DNA of 64,000 nt, from NCBI GenBank assembly GCA_021432655.1, contig MU271193.1:106961-170960 (forward strand), read 5' to 3'. The notes beneath the pieces are model-generated. The model made no database searches, was not told where the DNA came from, and was given only the letters and a program-made list of their open reading frames with translations. A program made the position numbers and the translations under genes. Positions 59,996 to 64,000 of this stretch are shown here, in pieces. This stretch comes from Atractiella rhizophila. Lineage: Eukaryota. The first letter of the stretch is position 1, and each line of letters starts with the position of its first letter.

Positions 59996-60886
59996 ATTGG
60001 ACGTGATGATGAATCCTATGTCACGCACAGAAGATGCTCCAAGTGAAGGAATGTAGGGAAGAGGTGATCTATCAACCTTTAAACCTATAGATTGCATGCG
60101 AGAAGACCAAGCAAATAACCACACAATCATACGATTCAGCCCAGATTTTAGAATAAGAGAGATCACGTAGAAAAGAGAAAGGACTTCAGAGAGATAAAAG
60201 GAAGAGAAGCGATGACAAGACCCGTTTGTCAGTCAGTCAGATGATGATTTATCATAATCGTACACAACTCATTTTCGCCCTACCGACCTCAACCGCGAGA
60301 GAAGAGACTGATGGGAATGAAAGAGAAGCCGAGACGTAAAACTTTCAAAAAGGGGAGAGGGACGAGACCATTTAAGTTTCAAGCAAAGCTGGGATCTGAG
60401 GGAAAGGGGGAGGAGGGACAAGTTATACAATACAACAAAACCAAAAACAAACCGCCGAAAACAGAAGAAACCTTTATCAGCAGCTTAATCCTGAGATTTC
60501 TGTCTGGAGAGCATCTGATTTCTGCCGAAAGTCGATAGATGTCCATTGTGTTGAAACGGCAAGAAAGGGAGAAGGGAGATGCAGGCGTAAGAGGTGTTGA
60601 GACCATCAAAGAAACTCTTGAAAGGACGAGATCTGGTATGACACAAGGACAATTAAAGTCATACTACCGAGACTGGTTTTGCTTGTAGGACGGATTGGTT
60701 GGTCGTTTGTGATACTGGGAGAACGTGAACGAATAAAAAGGCGAGATAATGCTAGATTGGATACGTTGTTGTTCGACGAGGAAACCGAATCTTTGAGTCC
60801 CGAAGCTTTGGAATCGTCCCTATACGCCTCGTCAGCACCTGATTATGCCGTCAGGGATAACGAACCCAAAGGGATTTTTTGAAATC

Positions 60887-62004
60887 TTAGAATCCACCTC
60901 CTTGGTTATATCCTCCTTGTTGGGGATATCCACCGTAGTTAGGTTGCTGCCCTCCGAAGGCTCCACCTGTAGTGGATAAGCATTTGTGCTAGTAAAGTTT
61001 GAGCTGATACCTACCCTGCATTCCCCAGTTTCCGCCAGGTTGCCCGTATCCTTGATTGAAGCCACCCTGGTTGGGGAAACCACCTTGACCATAACCTTGT
61101 TGCTGATACCCTTGGTTCTGGTAGCCACCTGCATTCTTCATCAGAGGTTTCACGTGAAAACAGGTGAACTGCATACCGCCATATCCTCCTCCTTGCTGGC
61201 CAAAAGACTGATTGCTGAATCCTCCTCCTCCTCCTCCTCCTCCGCCAGCACGCTGGAACATGGTTTAGTCCAGCACATTACGCGAACAACAAAGTGGCGA
61301 CTAACCTGGTTTGCAACATTGACCTTCAAACGGCGACCGTCTAAAAAGAATGTTAAAATAAAGAAGGGAAGGCGGAGAAGAACTCACCCTGAGTTGCCGA
61401 AAGAACGATGAGCGCACAACGGTGACAGAGGGGTTGCCGTGAAGAAACCGACGGAAAGCACCAAGACGAAATGGAGACAACACAGAGCGGCGCAGGAGCA
61501 GACGAGACCAAATTGGAGAGACGGATATCAGAGAGGCGACAGGGGAACCAAAAAGAAGCCAATCAGAACTAAATTTCAACTGGGAATTCAATGGGAGATA
61601 GGAACGGAGGAAACGGAAGCCGGCCCTTCAGTCTGCGATGACCAATGTCCAAATGGAACACAGCAAGTTTCAAGGCAAAAGCAAGCCACGAGCCCCCGAC
61701 CCGCCTCCGTCATGTTGTTACAGTTGAAGACGCACCAACTCCTGGTCATTCATCGCGGAAATAGCGTTATCTGCCTCCTGCTGGCTTCCAAACGTGACAA
61801 AACCGAATCCTCTGCTCCTGCCCGTCTGAGGGTCCTTCATAACAATAGCATCGATAACCGGTCCGAATGGTAGGAAGGTGGCTTTGAGGGTCTCGTCTGA
61901 GGTTCCCCAGGAAAGATTTCCGACATAAATTTTACTCCTGTCCCAGAAATGGGGTTCAGCCATCCAAAGCCGTTTGATTTTGGCCTTGACTAGAGGGCTC
62001 ACAT
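60887..62004 (-). CDS. Glycine-rich RNA-binding protein (single RRM plus G/Q/Y-rich tail)
   Basis: RNP2 KIYVGNL, RNP1 RGFGFVTF, AMNDQEL-DGRRLKVN and GGYQ/QGGF repeats. Inferred exons: 62004-62003, 61937-61736, 61388, 61340 to about 61306, plus three further tail exons. Stop TAA at 60887-60889. Confidence 0.9.
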
Positions 62005-62759
62005 TCTGGTATATCCTAGAGATACAACGATGAACGAAACAGGCGAGAAACTTAGAAATCAAGTGCGAGAGACTGTTGATGGTCGCAGAAGCAATTTGCT
62101 CTTTTGAGTCAGAGGGTTAGCGTATTTCAAGCGGGCCCCTCGCGGGGGCATATTAATTATCGTTCACGACCTTATTCTAGGCGCCGTTCCTTTTTCTGTT
62201 CCTTTTTGGCGTCCAACGCTGAGAATTTTGTTTCGAACTCGAGTCGGGCCACTTTTCATGGCATTTATCCTGGCCCAGACAACGCCATCAATATACCTAC
62301 ATATTTTAGGGTCGTTTCAGGCTTCTGGGATACGAGTAACAGCTCGCTCAACTTTCCAAAGCTTCCCCAAGCGTTCCTGGTCCACTTTTCTGTTTCTCTC
62401 AGAATCTTGAAGAAGCCGAGATTTAGTTAGATTAACAAGAGATTGAGCTAGATCAGGAATAGAGATCAGATTGATGAGATTGAACCCGCGTTTTATTGCC
62501 TCCGCTTCACCAGCTCCGCTTGAATCTCGCCTCGAACTCAGTCAAGCGCTCCAGTTTGCTTGCAGCATTGTGCTTCTCGGCGAGAAGCCTCATCATTTAT
62601 TTCGATGACAATAGATCTTTCTTTGGACAGCATTGCTGCATAAATGAATAACAATTGCGAATCACTAGAAGATAATCAGTCCCAAGCTGATATTGATTGA
62701 CACAAGGTGTAGGCCATGACTGCTGCGACAATCATGCAACGGACGAGATCAATCCGAGC

Positions 62760-63609
62760 TCAAACCCTCCTGGTGGTTCGCCTGTGCCTGTTCCTCCTTG
62801 ACGCTGGAGCCCCAGCAGGAGAAGGAGCTGTCACCAAGCACGTTGTCGGATCTGCCGTCTGGTTCAACACCTTGACCGTCTTCATCCAGAGAGCTTCCCT
62901 TTCCTGCGTGTATTCCGTCACCAGACAATCCTCAACATAAGTCCTGAAACCATTACACCCACCACTGTTTATCGCATCAGTAGCATTGCGTCCACATCCC
63001 ACCATCCCACTCTCAGAGAGATACCACACAGCTGAAGCAAAAGAATGCTCATCATCAAGAACGAGGTCACGAACATCATTTCTAGTCGTGTTTGAAATGA
63101 AGTTGGGAGAAGCTGGATCGTCGTAGTCTGGCTGAGGAGCAGACGGAAGGAGTTTGAGTGTTGCATTGCTAGTTTCAGGAAGCGATTGGGCGTAAGTCCA
63201 GATGTTAGGGAAAGAAAGCATGGCTCGCGTTCCCACACCGGGAGTGGGCTGAAGAACTCCGTTCGTCCAACTGCTCCGAAGTTAGCCTAGTTTGTGCAAT
63301 ATAGATGAAGAAATAGAAGACAGACTGGTTAATATTGTAGGAGAAATTCCCAGATTCCAAGAGCATGGTGGAAAGGAGAGCGGCAGCGAGTTGAGGTGTG
63401 GTGATGTTGTAGAGGTTGAACCCATTATTAATGTGTCCAATAGCCTGCGAAGCAGTCCTGCATTCTGATGCGAAGGTTGCAGTAGAATTGCAGGTTGTGG
63501 TAGAGTTGGAAACAGCCTCAATTTGTGATTGTGTCACCTTGAATGTTGGAGGAGGACACGAAGCCACAAGAGGCGACAATACGCTGATTAGAAATAGAAG
63601 ATGGACCAT
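62760..63609 (-). CDS. Secreted Cys-containing protein with probable lysozyme-like (GH19-related) fold
   Basis: Signal peptide MVHLLFLISVLSPLVAS; ECRTASQA...AAALLSTMLLESGNFSYNIN; PG.GTRAM; SFASAVWYL; C..YV..C. One intron near 63250-63328. Confidence 0.65.
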
Positions 63610-64000
63610 GTCGACTCAGTTTTGATATCAGTTGTTCTTGAAAGTTGGAATAGTGCTGCAGTCTCACAGCGTTTCGCAACCATGTTTTATAACTGGCACG
63701 AATAAGGGCAAGACAAGGAGCGGGAGGACAAAGTATGTCAATGAAAGAAGGGATTTATAAAGATCTCCAGCTTGTGAGCCAACAATAGCGGGATCTCAAG
63801 GAGGTTTATGACTTACTACACAAAGGATAGGCATGAAGTTTAATTATGTATGCCAATCGTTTCGACTGGCACTCGTGGCAAAGAATCAGAAAGAAGAGAA
63901 GCAGCCTGAGAAAAGGAAGGTCCGTCAGCCTGTGGGAGTCTGTGTCGGGGTGTTGCCGCTCTGTTGTCACAAGCACAAGCTGAAAAGAGATAAGAAACAT

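Overview
This is intron-rich fungal genomic DNA. GT-AG introns of about 45-65 nt and the gene content suggest a basidiomycete. There are two gene-rich arms either side of a 28-kb nest of decayed transposons (about 14.9-43.2 kb). The left arm holds SDR paralogs, an aldehyde dehydrogenase, a septin-like GTPase, an IMP-type S26 peptidase and an F-box gene. It also holds a mosaic duplication (about 7.67-12.1 kb) made of a direct copy of 44.06-45.68 kb joined to an inverted copy of 1-2.55 kb. The transposon nest can be unpicked from target-site duplications (TSDs). A Gypsy remnant was split by a 24-kb Copia. That Copia was split by a 14-kb Zisupton/KDZ element, which contains a Gypsy fragment and a hAT. 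A second, truncated hAT and 11 copies of one modular solo-LTR family are also present. The right arm holds an F-box pseudogene, a second IMP peptidase, an SDR, a ubiquitin-domain protein, a citrate-lyase-beta-like enzyme, a His-rich CDF zinc transporter, a glycine-rich RRM protein and a secreted lysozyme-like protein. The most striking observation is in the RRM gene. It appears to need a single-nucleotide microexon (G at 61388) behind an AG-free zone of about 180 nt, and its start codon is split by an intron. Also notable is a 114-bp LTR containing tRNA-like arms. All calls come from reading and translating by eye; no searches were run.
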